A stretch of 64,000 bases of DNA from an uncultured delta proteobacterium (GTDB lineage: Bacteria > Desulfobacterota > Binatia > UBA9968). The translations under genes were made by a program, and so were the position numbers. The stretch spans positions 96,001 to 160,000 of the forward strand of contig CAWJBB010000061.1 of the NCBI GenBank assembly GCA_963840855.1. Direction: 5' to 3'. Below the pieces are notes generated by a model. It did no database searches. It saw only the letters and a program-made list of their open reading frames with translations, and was not told where the DNA came from. Below, in pieces: positions 32,358 to 42,974 of the stretch (the stretch's first letter is position 1; the number at the start of each line of letters is the position of its first letter).

Positions 32358-33042
32358 ATGCTTCGCGCCGTGATATTCGATTTCAACGGGATCATCGTCG
32401 ACGACGAACCGATTCATTTTAAGCTCTTCCAAAAGGTCCTTGGCGAAGAAGGAATCTCGCTTACCGAAGAGGCCTACTATGGGCGCTATCTTGGATTTGA
32501 CGACCGGGGAGCTTTTTTCGCCGGTTATCGGGAAAACAACCGTCAACTAAGCCAAGAAAAACTCGTCGAGCTGATCGACAGAAAAGGCGTCTATTATCAG
32601 GAAGCGATTCGGCATCATGTCGCGATCTTCCCGGGAGTCAAGAGCTTGATTGCCGGCTTGGCCGGGAACGTGCCATTGGCAGTCGCCTCAGGCGCTTTGA
32701 GACAAGAAATCGATACGCATTCTCGCCACCGCCGGACTGCTGAATCAATTTCAGGCCATCGTTAGCGCCGAAGAGGTAAACCAAGGAAAGCCAGAGCCGG
32801 AAATTTTTTTCAAAGCATTGGCCAAACTCAACGCCATCGGCGACAACGGAAGTAACATCACCCCCGCTGAGTGCGTCGTCATCGAAGATTCGAAGGAAGG
32901 CATCAAAGGCGCCCGGCGCGCCGGCATGAAATGCCTGGCGGTGACCAATTCTTATCCGGCCGACCTGCTCAGCGAAGCCAACGCCGTCGTCAAAAGCCTT
33001 GAACAAGTCGAACTAAAGTTCCTGCAAAAATTATGTAGCTAG
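32358..33042 (+). CDS. HAD family phosphatase (indel near 32720)
   Basis: FDFNGIIVDDEP, VASG, GKPEPEIF, VIEDSKEG across two frames. Confidence 0.85.
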
Positions 33043-33236
33043 CCCGCAGCGCTTCCGGAAAACTCAGGCCGTGGCCATCAGCAACTCACCCCAAACATCC
33101 CGCAAACTATTCCACCGCGATGAGCACGTAGTTCACGGGTCTTTGGCGCCCATAAAAATCAGTTCTCGAACAAGAGACGAACCATGACCAATTTTTGGAG
33201 ATGTACTTGACGGAGAATTTCAGTTCAATCCTGGCA

Positions 33237-33330
33237 TCATCGAATCACCCTGTCCGCTCTCGCCAGCACATTCGGCGGAATCGTCAGCCCGATCTGTTTC
33301 GCCGTCTTGAGATTAATCACCAGCTCAAAA
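33237..33330 (-). pseudogene. 3' tail of an ABC_sub_bind (PF04392-like) gene
   Basis: [30 protein letters not shown], fused to a truncated cargo ORF. Confidence 0.8.
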
Positions 33331-33399
33331 ATAGGACGCTGCCCCATTAAATAATTGAAGAAATAGGTTGAAGCCCAAGACTTCTCGAAGAGTCCTCAT
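33325..33399 (-). pseudogene. Truncated copy of the DUF5658-like ORF at 40566..40888
   Basis: [24 protein letters not shown] versus [23 protein letters not shown]. Confidence 0.7.
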
Positions 33400-33476
33400 G
33401 TCACCCTCGCTGGTTGCGAAACGGACGTGGTGTCGAGTCGTTGCGCGTTGACGTGCGGTAGAACCATCTTCCTCGC

Positions 33477-33671
33477 CTAAAAATAGGCGGCCACGAGGGT
33501 AACGACCGTGCACAAACCAATGATGACCATACCGAATTGAAACACCCCACGAAGAGACGTATCTCCGCTCAACTCTTTCCTGACCCAGATCAGCGGCACA
33601 AAGAGAAGCGTTAAAAGAAAAATAGCAATTTCTGTATGGCTGATGGTCATTAGTGCGAGTTCCGGTTGCAT
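33477..33671 (-). CDS. Small two-TM protein; nonsense-shortened copy of 40885..41163
   Basis: MQPELAL...AAYF*; has TAG where the paralog has CAG. Confidence 0.6.
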   Translation of the reverse strand: MQPELALMTISHTEIAIFLLTLLFVPLIWVRKELSGDTSLRGVFQFGMVIIGLCTVVTLVAAYF

Positions 33672-33716
33672 CGACTTTCGCTCCGCACGGCGTGCTCTGG
33701 ACAGACAATCAGTGAT

Positions 33717-33971
33717 TTAGCGAGTTCGGCGCCGGGCGATGCTCTTGTTAACCCACTTGGTTGCTTCCGGGCAGAGGGTTTTGGTGGATTCGAGAATAAG
33801 GTTAGCGTCGGCGCTATCGCAAAGAACTCTGATCATTTTTTTTGGTTTTGCTGCTCGTTGGTCGTAAACAATCTCGCCACACATCAGGATAGCGTAGAGG
33901 CGAGACTCTTTCTGGAGCTGAGCCACAATCCGGTCGTAGTGTTCCGCAAAAATGTCAACCAATATTTTCAC
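33717..33971 (-). CDS. Hypothetical protein, paralog of 41429..41683
   Basis: 75 of 84 residues identical to the second copy. Confidence 0.7.
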   Translation of the reverse strand: MKILVDIFAEHYDRIVAQLQKESRLYAILMCGEIVYDQRAAKPKKMIRVLCDSADANLILESTKTLCPEATKWVNKSIARRRTR

Positions 33972-34051
33972 TGATAAAATCTAGCCTCGTTAAGATGTCA
34001 TTCTTGTTAAAACGTCATGATCTCTAACAAAGAAAAAGCTCCCTCGGCCGT

Positions 34052-34276
34052 TCAGTGAAGAGCGTTTGGCCGCTCCCGCCGTGTCGCAGCAAAGAGCGTC
34101 GCTATTTTTTGCCTTTCTTCAAGCGACATGGAACCTGCTGTACAGTCTCCACGTTTTGGGATTAATGCCGCGCCATCGTCGCTGAAAATCCAATAGCGCA
34201 ACCACGCTTGACGAAGAGTGTATCTTTGCCTTTGCAGTGCTTGGAAGAATATGCGCCACGGGAGCAATGTTGTCAT
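34052..34276 (-). CDS. Hypothetical protein of a three-copy PWR-x-FF family
   Basis: LLPWRIFF...WL..W.F...G.AL...SLEE.QK.A.LF, shared with 41177..41404 and 41745..41978. Confidence 0.65.
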   Translation of the reverse strand: MTTLLPWRIFFQALQRQRYTLRQAWLRYWIFSDDGAALIPKRGDCTAGSMSLEERQKIATLFAATRRERPNALH

Positions 34277-34303
34277 GTCAGCATCGCGCGAAGGCAGCTC
34301 GCT

Positions 34304-34564
34304 TTATGGAGCTACAGACTTGGGCGGCTTCGCGGAGTCTTCAAGCTTAGTATCGGGCTGTTGAATCTGCGGATCACCAGGCTCCGGCAGCTCTAGCTTT
34401 CTTAAAATGTCGCTTCCAGCTGGAGGCGGCTTGTTCGAGATGACCAGCCGACCGTGGAAATCTCTGTATATGTAATGCTCCTCGGCTTGGCCTTGTGTGG
34501 CTAGAGCGAGGCCCAAAAACAGGTAAAAGCAAAATACCAGTGCAATAGTAGTAAAGGTTTTCAC
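34304..34564 (-). CDS. Small secreted DUF4124-like protein
   Basis: AAGGAG RBS, signal peptide, YIYRDFHGRLVISNKPP. Confidence 0.65.
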   Translation of the reverse strand: MKTFTTIALVFCFYLFLGLALATQGQAEEHYIYRDFHGRLVISNKPPPAGSDILRKLELPEPGDPQIQQPDTKLEDSAKPPKSVAP

Positions 34565-34593
34565 GGGCGCGCTCCTTTTTCACGTCGGTGAAA

Positions 34594-34609
34594 AGCAGCA
34601 TATGTGCCG
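34594..34609 (-). promoter_or_regulatory. Sigma54 -24/-12 promoter
   Basis: CGGCACATATGCTGCT on the minus strand, 30 bp upstream of the DUF4124-like start. Confidence 0.5.
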
Positions 34610-35174
34610 CGACACGATTGACGGAAAATGCGGTCTACCGCTCCTCAGAGTACGCTATCGTGTTTGTCAAATTGGCCCGAAAGCTTGTCTGGAAAATTTA
34701 CAGCGGGCAGAAGGCTAAAGATAATCTCCTGTGCTGGGCGGCATAGGCACCCCTCCCAACCGTGACAATAACTTGATCATGTGTCCGCGATGCTACAAAC
34801 TTCCGACATTCTATGGCCCACCGCATACACCGGTCCCACGCGAATCGCTGGCGGGGAGTTCCGTTAGCAATGACGGCGTTCGACTTGGAAGTTGGGGTAA
34901 GGCGTTACATGCCGCTGGGATAGACCTAAATTTGTATTTTATGCATCACACGTGGCGGAAAACCGGAACTGACTGATAAAGGCCAACCTGGTCAAAGAAT
35001 ACCGGGTACTGACCGACAGAAGCGGTGGGTGTGTTTTGGCACGACGATGAGTTCGGATTGCTTGGAAGGCGAAGTCAATTCAATCTCGGTCTATTTCAGC
35101 AGTTGAGCGGCGCTCGAAAAGGGTCCCTCACGAACGAATCATTTAAGGCGTCAGAAAATTAGCGAAAGTAATCA

Positions 35175-36173
35175 TTAATTTCCGTATAGCTTCTTGATGA
35201 AGCCGCTGTCGTCGATTTCCTTCAAAATCGATGGATCGATAAAGTCGCCCGGGTTTAGGTTTTTCATCTGCGGCCTCGTCTTGGCGAGCTGATCGATTAT
35301 CGTTTGGATTCCTTCGCGGTCCGGGTAGGGCATTCTCCGGATCAGTCTCTGGGACATCTCGTCATAAGCCACTTGGACCAGCGATAGATCGTCGAGCCGG
35401 GTATATTTTTTCAGTACGTTCAGTGCAAGGTCTTTGTTCGTCTTAAACACGTAGATGCCTTCGAGATAGGCTTTCATGAATCGGACGACGACGTCCCGGT
35501 TGGCCTGAATGAAGCTTTTTCGCGCGCCGAAACCATGCATTGAATAAGTCACCCCAAGCTGGCTCAAATCGGCGAGAACGGCGGAACCCGACCGTATCGC
35601 CAGCGTCGCGAAGGGCTCGGAGAGGACGACGGCGTCCACGGCTTTGTTTTGTAGCGCAAGAAACTCTTCTTGCTCGCCGCCCACCTGGATAATGGCAACG
35701 TCTTTATCGGGAACCAGTCCCCAGCGAGTCAACGCATAGCGGATGGAAAAATCGCTGGCGCCCCCCAGCCGGGAAATGCCGACTTTCTTGCCCTTCAACA
35801 TTTCCGGCTTTTTGATCTCCGGATGCGAGATAATCTTGAACACAAAAGTATTGAGCGTCGCGGTCAGCCCGACGAAGTCGCCGCCGCCCATGTTAGCGTT
35901 GATGTTGGCGACACCGGCGCTGGTGATGAACTGAATCTCGCCGGCCAGAGCCGCCTGAACGGCCCGCGAGCTCACCGGAACAAAAAGAATTTCGGCGTCC
36001 ACGCCGTATTTACGCGCGAGGTCGAGCTCCTTCATGATGTAAACCGGATCAAATTGGATGCCTATGGAGGTGTAGGCTGCGCGGACTTTGGGGAGGTTTT
36101 GTCCCTGGGCTATGCCTGCTAAACCTAAAATGAAAGTCAGCCCAATTGCAAAACTTTTGACGCTTAACATCAT
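35175..36173 (-). CDS. ABC transporter substrate-binding protein, NMT1/THI5-like
   Basis: Signal peptide; LKGKKVGISRLGGASDF, FIDPSILKEIDDSGFIKKLY. Confidence 0.87.
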   Translation of the reverse strand: MMLSVKSFAIGLTFILGLAGIAQGQNLPKVRAAYTSIGIQFDPVYIMKELDLARKYGVDAEILFVPVSSRAVQAALAGEIQFITSAGVANINANMGGGDFVGLTATLNTFVFKIISHPEIKKPEMLKGKKVGISRLGGASDFSIRYALTRWGLVPDKDVAIIQVGGEQEEFLALQNKAVDAVVLSEPFATLAIRSGSAVLADLSQLGVTYSMHGFGARKSFIQANRDVVVRFMKAYLEGIYVFKTNKDLALNVLKKYTRLDDLSLVQVAYDEMSQRLIRRMPYPDREGIQTIIDQLAKTRPQMKNLNPGDFIDPSILKEIDDSGFIKKLYGN

Positions 36174-36371
36174 TCTTCTCTCTCCTTTTGTCTGCTATGC
36201 CATTGTTCCGTCACTGACAATAGAGTTCGTCAATAAAGCCTGAACGGTGGAGCTCCTCGATGCACGTGTAAGACCAGATTCAGCCTGAGATTGAACCGAA
36301 CGGCGCCTCGGGCAAACTTCGCAGGATCGAGTCGTCGGAGAAAACCGATCGATCCTAGCGTCGTCGGGTGG

Positions 36372-37355
36372 TTATTTGATTACTCTGTCCGCTCGCACCA
36401 GCACATTCGGCGGGATCGTCAGGCCGATCTGCTTGGCGGTTTTCAGATTAACGATGAATTCAAACTTCGTCGGCTGCTCCACCGGGAGATCTGCGGGCTT
36501 GGCGCCTTTGAGAATTTTGTCGACATAAGTGGCGGCGCGCCGGTCCAGGTTGAGGAGGCTCACGCCGTAGGACATAAGCCCACCGGCTTCGACGTACCGG
36601 GGTTCGTGGTATATCGCCGGGAGTCGGTTCTTTACCGCAAGGTCTGCAATCTGTGCCCTCTGAGCACCAAGGATGCCGCTCGCTAGTACGAGGACTCCGT
36701 CCGCGCGCCCCTTGCTCACTGCTTGAAATGTATTCTCAATATTTTTGAAATCTAAAACGTCGAGATATTGAAGCGTCACTCCGAACGCCTTCGCGGCGAG
36801 TTCCAGCTCTTTCCTTAGTGCGTCGGCAGGGCTGGTTGAAACCCCAAGGACGGCCAAGCGAGAGAGTTTAGGGACGACCTCTTTCAGAACCTCCAATCGT
36901 TTACCGTTTAGCTCCGGGGCAAGGGCGGACAGTCCCGTGATGTTTCCACCAGGCCGCGCCAGGCTGGCGATGATACCGTCGCCAACGGGATCGGCATCGT
37001 TGGTCATGACAATGGGAATCGTATTGGTCGCTTCCTTGACGGCACGGGTTGCGGTTGAACCGCTCGTGACGATGACGTCAAATTTGAGACGCGCCATTTC
37101 GGCCGCGAGTGCCGGAAGGCGCTCGAGTTTTCCGTCAGCGGATCGCCAATCAATGACGATGTTTTTACCCTCCACGTAGTGAAGGTCGCGCAGTCCCTGC
37201 CGGAATGCCTCGTGGCGGGCCGTGTTGGCGGAAAGGGAGACACCCCCTAGGTATCCAATCCGCGGGACTTTCTTTGGCTGCTGCGCGTCGGCTATGACTC
37301 CAATAGCAAGTAGAATCACTACGAACAGGATTGACAAGACACCAGCTTTTTTCAT
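36372..37355 (-). CDS. ABC transporter substrate-binding protein (ABC_sub_bind/PF04392-like), intact
   Basis: [52 protein letters not shown]. Confidence 0.92.
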   Translation of the reverse strand: MKKAGVLSILFVVILLAIGVIADAQQPKKVPRIGYLGGVSLSANTARHEAFRQGLRDLHYVEGKNIVIDWRSADGKLERLPALAAEMARLKFDVIVTSGSTATRAVKEATNTIPIVMTNDADPVGDGIIASLARPGGNITGLSALAPELNGKRLEVLKEVVPKLSRLAVLGVSTSPADALRKELELAAKAFGVTLQYLDVLDFKNIENTFQAVSKGRADGVLVLASGILGAQRAQIADLAVKNRLPAIYHEPRYVEAGGLMSYGVSLLNLDRRAATYVDKILKGAKPADLPVEQPTKFEFIVNLKTAKQIGLTIPPNVLVRADRVIK

Positions 37356-37442
37356 TGCACACCTAGTTCTCGACGTTACTTTTCCATACGGTTTATTTAC
37401 ATTCGGACGAACTCATTCAGCGTAACACCGATGGAGAGGTCG

Positions 37443-37778
37443 CTATTTGCCCACTGCCTTCAGTGCGGCCCTTGCTCGTTGCTCCGGCGTGGCCCAGTCG
37501 GCAGGAAGGTTCTTGGCTCGAGTGATCTTGGAGAGTTCCTTCAGGTACCGCTCGGATCGGCCAAGCTGCTCCATGCGTTGGTCAATCATGTAAGCTTGAA
37601 CGGGGTCGGTCGAATAGTTGGGGACTTTAGCGCGTCGCCATCGGCCCGCGCGATCCTGCTTCTTGCCTATAAGCACGCCTTCATGCTTGTGGACATTCTT
37701 CCAGCCGAACACTTTCTGCGCCGTTGCGGCGTCTAATGCAGGGCCAGGCCGCGTTATATCTCCAACTTTATGGGCCAT
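37443..37778 (-). CDS. Phage ABA sandwich domain-like protein
   Basis: LDAATAQKVFGW...PNYSTD...A...ATPEQRARAALKA. Confidence 0.6.
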   Translation of the reverse strand: MAHKVGDITRPGPALDAATAQKVFGWKNVHKHEGVLIGKKQDRAGRWRRAKVPNYSTDPVQAYMIDQRMEQLGRSERYLKELSKITRAKNLPADWATPEQRARAALKAVGK

Positions 37779-38512
37779 ACAGTTTTGAGAAACAGGCGGC
37801 GTTTGGAACAACGAGTTTCATTCAATCCTAGCATCGCTGCTTGGTTTTCTGCGATCACCTAATCACTTTGTCTGCTCTCGCCAGCAAATTTGGTGGAATC
37901 GTTAGGCCGATTTGCTTCGCAGCTTTGAGGTTAATGATGAACTCGAACTTTGTCGGCTGTTCGACCGGCAGGTCAGCGGGCTTCGCGCCCCTTAGAATTT
38001 TGTCGACCATTACTGCGGCGCGCTGGTAGGATTCGGTGTCGTCTGCGCCATACGACATCAATCCACCGAGGGTGACGTATTCCTTCCGAGTGGAGATCGC
38101 GGGGAGCCGGTTTTTTGCTGCCAATCCCACGACCCGTGGGCTATTGGCCGCGAATAAGGTGGCCTGGGTCATCAAGACAGCGCCACTGCGTACTTTGACA
38201 GCGTCGCGAAAAGCAGTCTCGTATCTATCGGCACTGCTCACTTCCATGGAGTGCAGTTGCAACCCTAATTGCCGCGCTGGCTCCTGGCTATCTTTCCATT
38301 GTTCGGCGGACGCGGGATTCTTTGGATCCCACAGTATCGCCACGCGTGTGAGTTTGGGAATGGTTTCTTTGAGTATCTCCAGCCGTTTGCCGGACAGGAG
38401 TGCATTTATGGTGCTGAAGCCTGTAACATTACCTCCGGGCCGCGCCAAGTTGGTGACTAGCCCAGAGCCAACCGGATCAGGTACATTATAGAAAACGATC
38501 GGGATCAGCTTA

Positions 38513-39567
38513 GGCGTTGTAAATAAATAAAGGTATCAATCGAAGGATAATTGGTGTATGATTTTCGAGCATGAACAGGCTGTCCGAATTGAAGCGGAAG
38601 TTGCGTACCGCATGGCCGCATTTGGACGAACGTACGCGGCGCATCATGGCTGCCAGTGAAGCATTGAGTCTGGGCTATGGAGGGGTTTCTGCGGTACGAC
38701 GTGCGTGTGGCTTGTCGCGCAAGGCGATCCGCAAAGGGATGCGGGAAATCCAGGCAAGGGGTAAGCCGTTGGTGGGCCGTATTCGTCGGCCCGGAGCGGG
38801 CCGCAAACCCATCATCGAGTCCGATCCGGGGCTGGTGCAGACGATCGAGGGGTTGATTGATGAGCAAACGCGCGGAGACCCGCAGTCTGCGCTGCGTTGG
38901 ATTTGCAAAAGTACGCGAGCCATCGCCCAGGAACTGGATCAGCAGCAACATCCTGCCAGCCACATGAAGGTCGCGCAGATTCTTCATCAACTGGGCTATA
39001 GCCTCCAGAGCAATCGCAAAACCGAGGAGGGAGCGGATCACCCCGATCGCGATGCCCAGTTTCGCCACATCAACCTCACGGTCAAAAGATGCCTGAGGCA
39101 AGGGATCCCAGTCATTTCGGTGGACACGAAAAAGAAGGAACTGGTTGGGAACTACCACAATGGCGGCCAGCAATGGCGTGTGGCCAAAAAGCCCAGGCGG
39201 GTTCAAGGTCACGACTTTCCCAGTCCAGAAGTTGCCCGCGCCTATCCCTACGGCATTTACGACATTGGACGCAACGCCGGTTTTGTTAACGTGGGAACCG
39301 ACCACGATACCGGTGCCTTTGCGGTGGCATCGATTCGGGGTTGGTGGCGCACGGAGGGCCGGCGCATTTATCCGCATGCGAAAACGATCCTGATTACGGC
39401 CGACGGCGGTGGCAGTAACGGGTGGCGGTTGCGGCTGTGGAAGTTGGAGCTGCAAAAATTCGCCAACCAGACCGCACTGGGCATTGAGGTCTGTCACTTT
39501 CCTCCCGGCACCAGCAAATGGAACAAAATCGAGCACCGACTGTTTTTCTTTATTTATTTACAATTCC
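38513..39567 (+). mobile_element. ISAzo13-family IS with internal deletion
   Basis: Inverted ends GGCGTTGTAAATAAATAAAG / CTTTATTTATTTACAATTCC; 3-bp TTA duplication at 38510-38512 and 39568-39570. Confidence 0.9.
38571..39547 (+). pseudogene. ISAzo13 DDE transposase, C-terminally truncated
   Basis: ISVDTKKKELVG, ITADGGGSNG, PPGTSKWNKIEHRLF, then runs straight into the right inverted repeat. Confidence 0.88.
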
Positions 39568-40392
39568 TTAGTCGCGCCCTTGGCGGCGCGGACTTCAACC
39601 GTTGTTGGTGCGATAATTACGTCGGCCTTGAGCCGCACGAGTTCCTCAGCCAAAGCAGGTAGGCGCTCGAGTTTATCCTCGGCGTAGCGATACTCGATGG
39701 TAATCGATTTGCCTTCGACGTATCCGAGAGCAGCCAACGCACGCCGAAATCTCTCGCCGCCGCCGCCCGGCCCGCCTGGCGACCGGCCGCCGAGCCAGCC
39801 GAGCTTAGCAACCTTCCCCGGCTGTTGCGTCTCGGCGATTGCTGCAACAACAAGCAGCATCATTACAACAAGGATTAATGGCACCGCAGCCCTCTTCATT
39901 GCGCACCTCGTTTCGACGTTATGTATCACGCGGATGGAAATAAAGAAAAGGTGATTACGGATTTACGGCGAAAGGCGACGGGTAGTCGTCGAGTAGGAAG
40001 GCCGGATTTCTCCTAAGATTGAACTGAACGACGCAACGGACAAATCTCACAAGATTAGGGGCGCTTTAGTTTTGGGCACTACACGCTGATGAACAATGGC
40101 CATTTGAGCAGTTTCAAAATGCGCTCGCGAACCCTAGGTATGGACGGGCCGAAGCCTGAAGCCCGCTGGCAAGTGCTGAATGCGTCGCTGAACGCGATCA
40201 AGCGGGTGGTTCGTCGATGAAGTTGCAAGCGACGCATACACGATGGCAGTGAATGTTAAGGCTTGTCGCGAAGCCGGTGATTGTTATCCGGCGGATCTGC
40301 ATGGGCCGCCCAGCCGTCGCCGACAGCAATCCAGCCGCGCGCAGCCCTGGGCCGCCAGCACATAGATTCACGAAATATCGCTCGTTATGAGT

Positions 40393-40563
40393 TCAATCGC
40401 AGCGGCGGTCGTACATAGCGTAATGCTGGCAGAATCGCAGGTACTCAACCCGGCTGGAAAATTGGGACTGCTCGTAGACCAGGCGCCGGGCGGGGCTCGT
40501 CGAGCAACCGGCGAAAATAGCGGCGCTAAGAGCTACGGCGAGAACCATCGATGTAATATTCAT
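40393..40563 (-). CDS. Small putative lipoprotein (56 aa)
   Basis: MNITSMVLAVALSAAIFAGC lipobox; follows the DUF5658-like gene. Confidence 0.5.
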   Translation of the reverse strand: MNITSMVLAVALSAAIFAGCSTSPARRLVYEQSQFSSRVEYLRFCQHYAMYDRRCD

Positions 40564-40565
40564 GG

Positions 40566-40888
40566 CTATTTTCCTTTCATCAAGCGGAGTGAATCAAATG
40601 GAAAACTAGGTAAACAAGAAGAACCTAGAGCCGAATAGACTATCGCCACGAAGGTCAAGCCTCGAAGCGGCACCATCGGTCGGTAACGACCAATCGAATA
40701 CAATATAACGAGCAGAGCACAGAAAAGACCTTCCAATAGATCAACGCCCACAAAACCCCCCAAGCATCAATCGCAGCACTGACGAACGGGTTCAATTCGG
40801 ATTCGCCGCGAGACAGGATGAAATAGGACGCGGTCCCATCGAATAGCTGAAGAAACAGGTTGAAGCTCAAAAGCTCTCGAAGATTCAT
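40566..40888 (-). CDS. DUF5658-like membrane protein (indel near 40725)
   Basis: LQLFDGTASY...GESELNPFV...WK motif with hydrophobic helices over two frames. Confidence 0.6.
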
Positions 40889-41163
40889 GTTGTCGCCCTG
40901 ACAGGTTGGGAAACGGACGTGGTGTCGAGTCGTTGGGCGTTGAAGTGCCGTCGACCCATCTTCCTCGCCTGAAAATAGGCAGCCATGAGGGCAACGACCG
41001 TGCATAAACCAATGATGACCAAACCGAGTTGAAACACACCTTGAACCCGCGCATCTCCGCTCAACTCTTTCCTGACCGAGATGAGCAGAACAAAGAGAAG
41101 CGTCACAAGAATAATCCCAATAACAGTGTAACTGATGGCTTTGAGTGCGAGTTCCGGTTGCAT
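40885..41163 (-). CDS. Small two-TM hypothetical protein
   Basis: MQPELALKAISY...; ATGA overlap with the next gene; paralog at 33477. Confidence 0.6.
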   Translation of the reverse strand: MQPELALKAISYTVIGIILVTLLFVLLISVRKELSGDARVQGVFQLGLVIIGLCTVVALMAAYFQARKMGRRHFNAQRLDTTSVSQPVRATT

Positions 41164-41176
41164 CGAGTATGGCCTC

Positions 41177-41404
41177 TCAGTGAAGGGTTCTTGGCCCTCT
41201 TCCCAATGCCATAAGGAAAAGCACCGCTCGTTTCTGCTTTTCCTCAAGCGACAAGGGTGGAGCTTTGTGCTTTTCCCGTCCTAGGACCAAGGCTGCGCCA
41301 CCATTGGTAAAGGTCCACCGCACTAACCACGTTTGAACGGTTTGGGAATCTTGTTTCTGAAGGTCTTTAAAAAAGGCTCGCCAAGGGATCAATGTTGTCG
41401 GCAT
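41177..41404 (-). CDS. Hypothetical protein, PWR-x-FF family
   Basis: MPTTLIPWRAFF...SLEEKQKRAVLF. Confidence 0.65.
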   Translation of the reverse strand: MPTTLIPWRAFFKDLQKQDSQTVQTWLVRWTFTNGGAALVLGREKHKAPPLSLEEKQKRAVLFLMALGRGPRTLH

Positions 41405-41428
41405 CGAAGAGGTCTCCCAATGGGCAAC

Positions 41429-41683
41429 TTAGCGAGGTCCGTGACGGGCAATGCTTTGCTTAACCCACCAGGTTGCTTCCGGGCAAAGCGTCTTGGTGGA
41501 TTCGAGAATAAAGTTAGCGTCGGCGCTATCGCAAAGAACTCTGATTATTTTCTTTGGTTTTGCTGCTCGTTGGTCGTAAACAATCTCGCCACACATCAGG
41601 ATAGCGTAGAGGCGAGACTCTTTCTGGAGCTGAGCCACAATCCGGTTGTAGTGTTCCGCAAAAATGTCAACCAATATTTTCAC
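41429..41683 (-). CDS. Hypothetical protein, paralog of 33717..33971
   Basis: Near-identical duplicate. Confidence 0.7.
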   Translation of the reverse strand: MKILVDIFAEHYNRIVAQLQKESRLYAILMCGEIVYDQRAAKPKKIIRVLCDSADANFILESTKTLCPEATWWVKQSIARHGPR

Positions 41684-41744
41684 TGACAGAATCTAGCCTT
41701 GTTAAAACGTCATGACCTCTAAAGAAAGATGCTCGCTTGGTCGT

Positions 41745-41978
41745 TCAGTGGAGGGTTCTTAGCCGCTCCCGCCGTATCGCAGCAAAGAGCGTCGCTATTT
41801 TCTGCTTTTCCTCAAGTGAGAATAGCGTCGCTTCGTAGTTTGCGCCGCCATCCACGAGGGCTGTGCCAGCGTCAGAAAACGCCCAACGTGCTAACCAGGA
41901 TTGAAGGTGTTCTTGTTTGTGTTGTCGGGTGCTAAGCGCGTGAAAGAATACGCGCCACGGGATCAATGGTGCCGGCAT
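41745..41978 (-). CDS. Hypothetical protein, PWR-x-FF family
   Basis: MPAPLIPWRVFF...SLEEKQKIATLF; sigma54-like CGGCACGCCATTGGCT at 42005-42020 upstream. Confidence 0.65.
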   Translation of the reverse strand: MPAPLIPWRVFFHALSTRQHKQEHLQSWLARWAFSDAGTALVDGGANYEATLFSLEEKQKIATLFAAIRRERLRTLH

Positions 41979-42581
41979 CGAGGAAGTCCCCCGATGACAC
42001 ATAAAGCCAATGGCGTGCCGTGCCGATTTGACTTGTATTGGCGAATTGTGTTCGCAAAAACACACCTTTGCCGCGTGCTTAAGGGGAGGTCACTTCGGGC
42101 GCGAATTTGCGAACGGGTGTTTTGGCCCTGTCAGAACAGACCGCTAAGGCGCCATCGTCTGCTCGCAATTGCGTGGAATTTTTATGGCTCACACGAGACA
42201 GCGAAACCAAGCCAGACTACGCTCTCGAAACTTCGATAGGGAAAAGCTGAACAGGAAGGAATTCTATCTCGTCCCGACCGACTGAATATGATTCACGCCG
42301 TTTTCTCCAAAAGGACGGGCGACCAATATGCTGCGCTCACGGAGAGAGTTTGGGATTCCAAAGGGTGGAAATATGGATTGCACGATGGTCGCAGCGGTTC
42401 CCGTACTTCCCGTGGGCTACGTTGTTAGTGCGAGACGGATTGCTGACAGGCGGATGATTCTAGCGGGATACCGCTTGGCGGATTTTAACGCGGGTAGAAA
42501 GGAATAAGACCGGGATCAGCGGGCACATCGCCGTCCCGCTGTTCCCCCGATCTCGTCTATTCTTTCTTCTCTCGTTTTTGG

Positions 42582-42881
42582 CTAATCTCTGGCGTTGCGC
42601 GTCGCTATCCACACAGCCAGCGCGCCCATGCCGAGACCGATCGCGAAGCCACGGCCCACCGCGCGTAACGGATGGTGCTTGACGCGATGTGCCGCATCTT
42701 CTATCAAGTCTTCAGCGGCATAACGGGTGCGCTTGGCCAACCGCTTGGCCTCAGTCACTGCATCTTCGACGGCGTGAGAAGCTGCGGTTTTCAAGCGCTC
42801 GGCTTCGCCTCCCACTTCCACCAGCCGCTCTCCAACGTGCATGGCTTTCCCGAGCAAGCCGTTTTTCTCTTTCTCTTCCAT
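42582..42881 (-). CDS. DUF883/ElaB/YqjD-like tail-anchored protein
   Basis: GAGGAGG RBS; coiled region then VKHHPLRAVG..FAIGLGMGAL. Confidence 0.7.
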   Translation of the reverse strand: MEEKEKNGLLGKAMHVGERLVEVGGEAERLKTAASHAVEDAVTEAKRLAKRTRYAAEDLIEDAAHRVKHHPLRAVGRGFAIGLGMGALAVWIATRNARD

Positions 42882-42959
42882 AATCGATTCCTCCTCTTTT
42901 TCAGTCGGCTGATATGGGACTTGTCGCGTTTTTACGTTCTCAGCTAATTTGATGTATAC

Positions 42960-42974
42960 GCAACCTCCGTGCCT
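42960..42974 (-). promoter_or_regulatory. Sigma54 -24/-12 promoter
   Basis: AGGCACGGAGGTTGC on the minus strand, upstream of the DUF883-like gene. Confidence 0.6.

Larger units (their letters stand above)
37855..39899 (-). pseudogene. ABC_sub_bind gene interrupted by an ISAzo13 element
   Basis: N-half (39568-39899, ...AAKGAT) and C-half (37855-38512, KLIPIVF...) rejoin in frame as ATKLIP once the IS and one TAA are removed. Confidence 0.9.

Noticed and set aside
36291-36686. Antisense ORFs over SBP genes (also 43299..43769, 53296..53562, 38505..39536)
   Set aside because: Shadow frames of conserved genes on the opposite strand.
37443-37778. Prophage
   Set aside because: Only an isolated phage-associated domain; no structural, replication or integrase genes.
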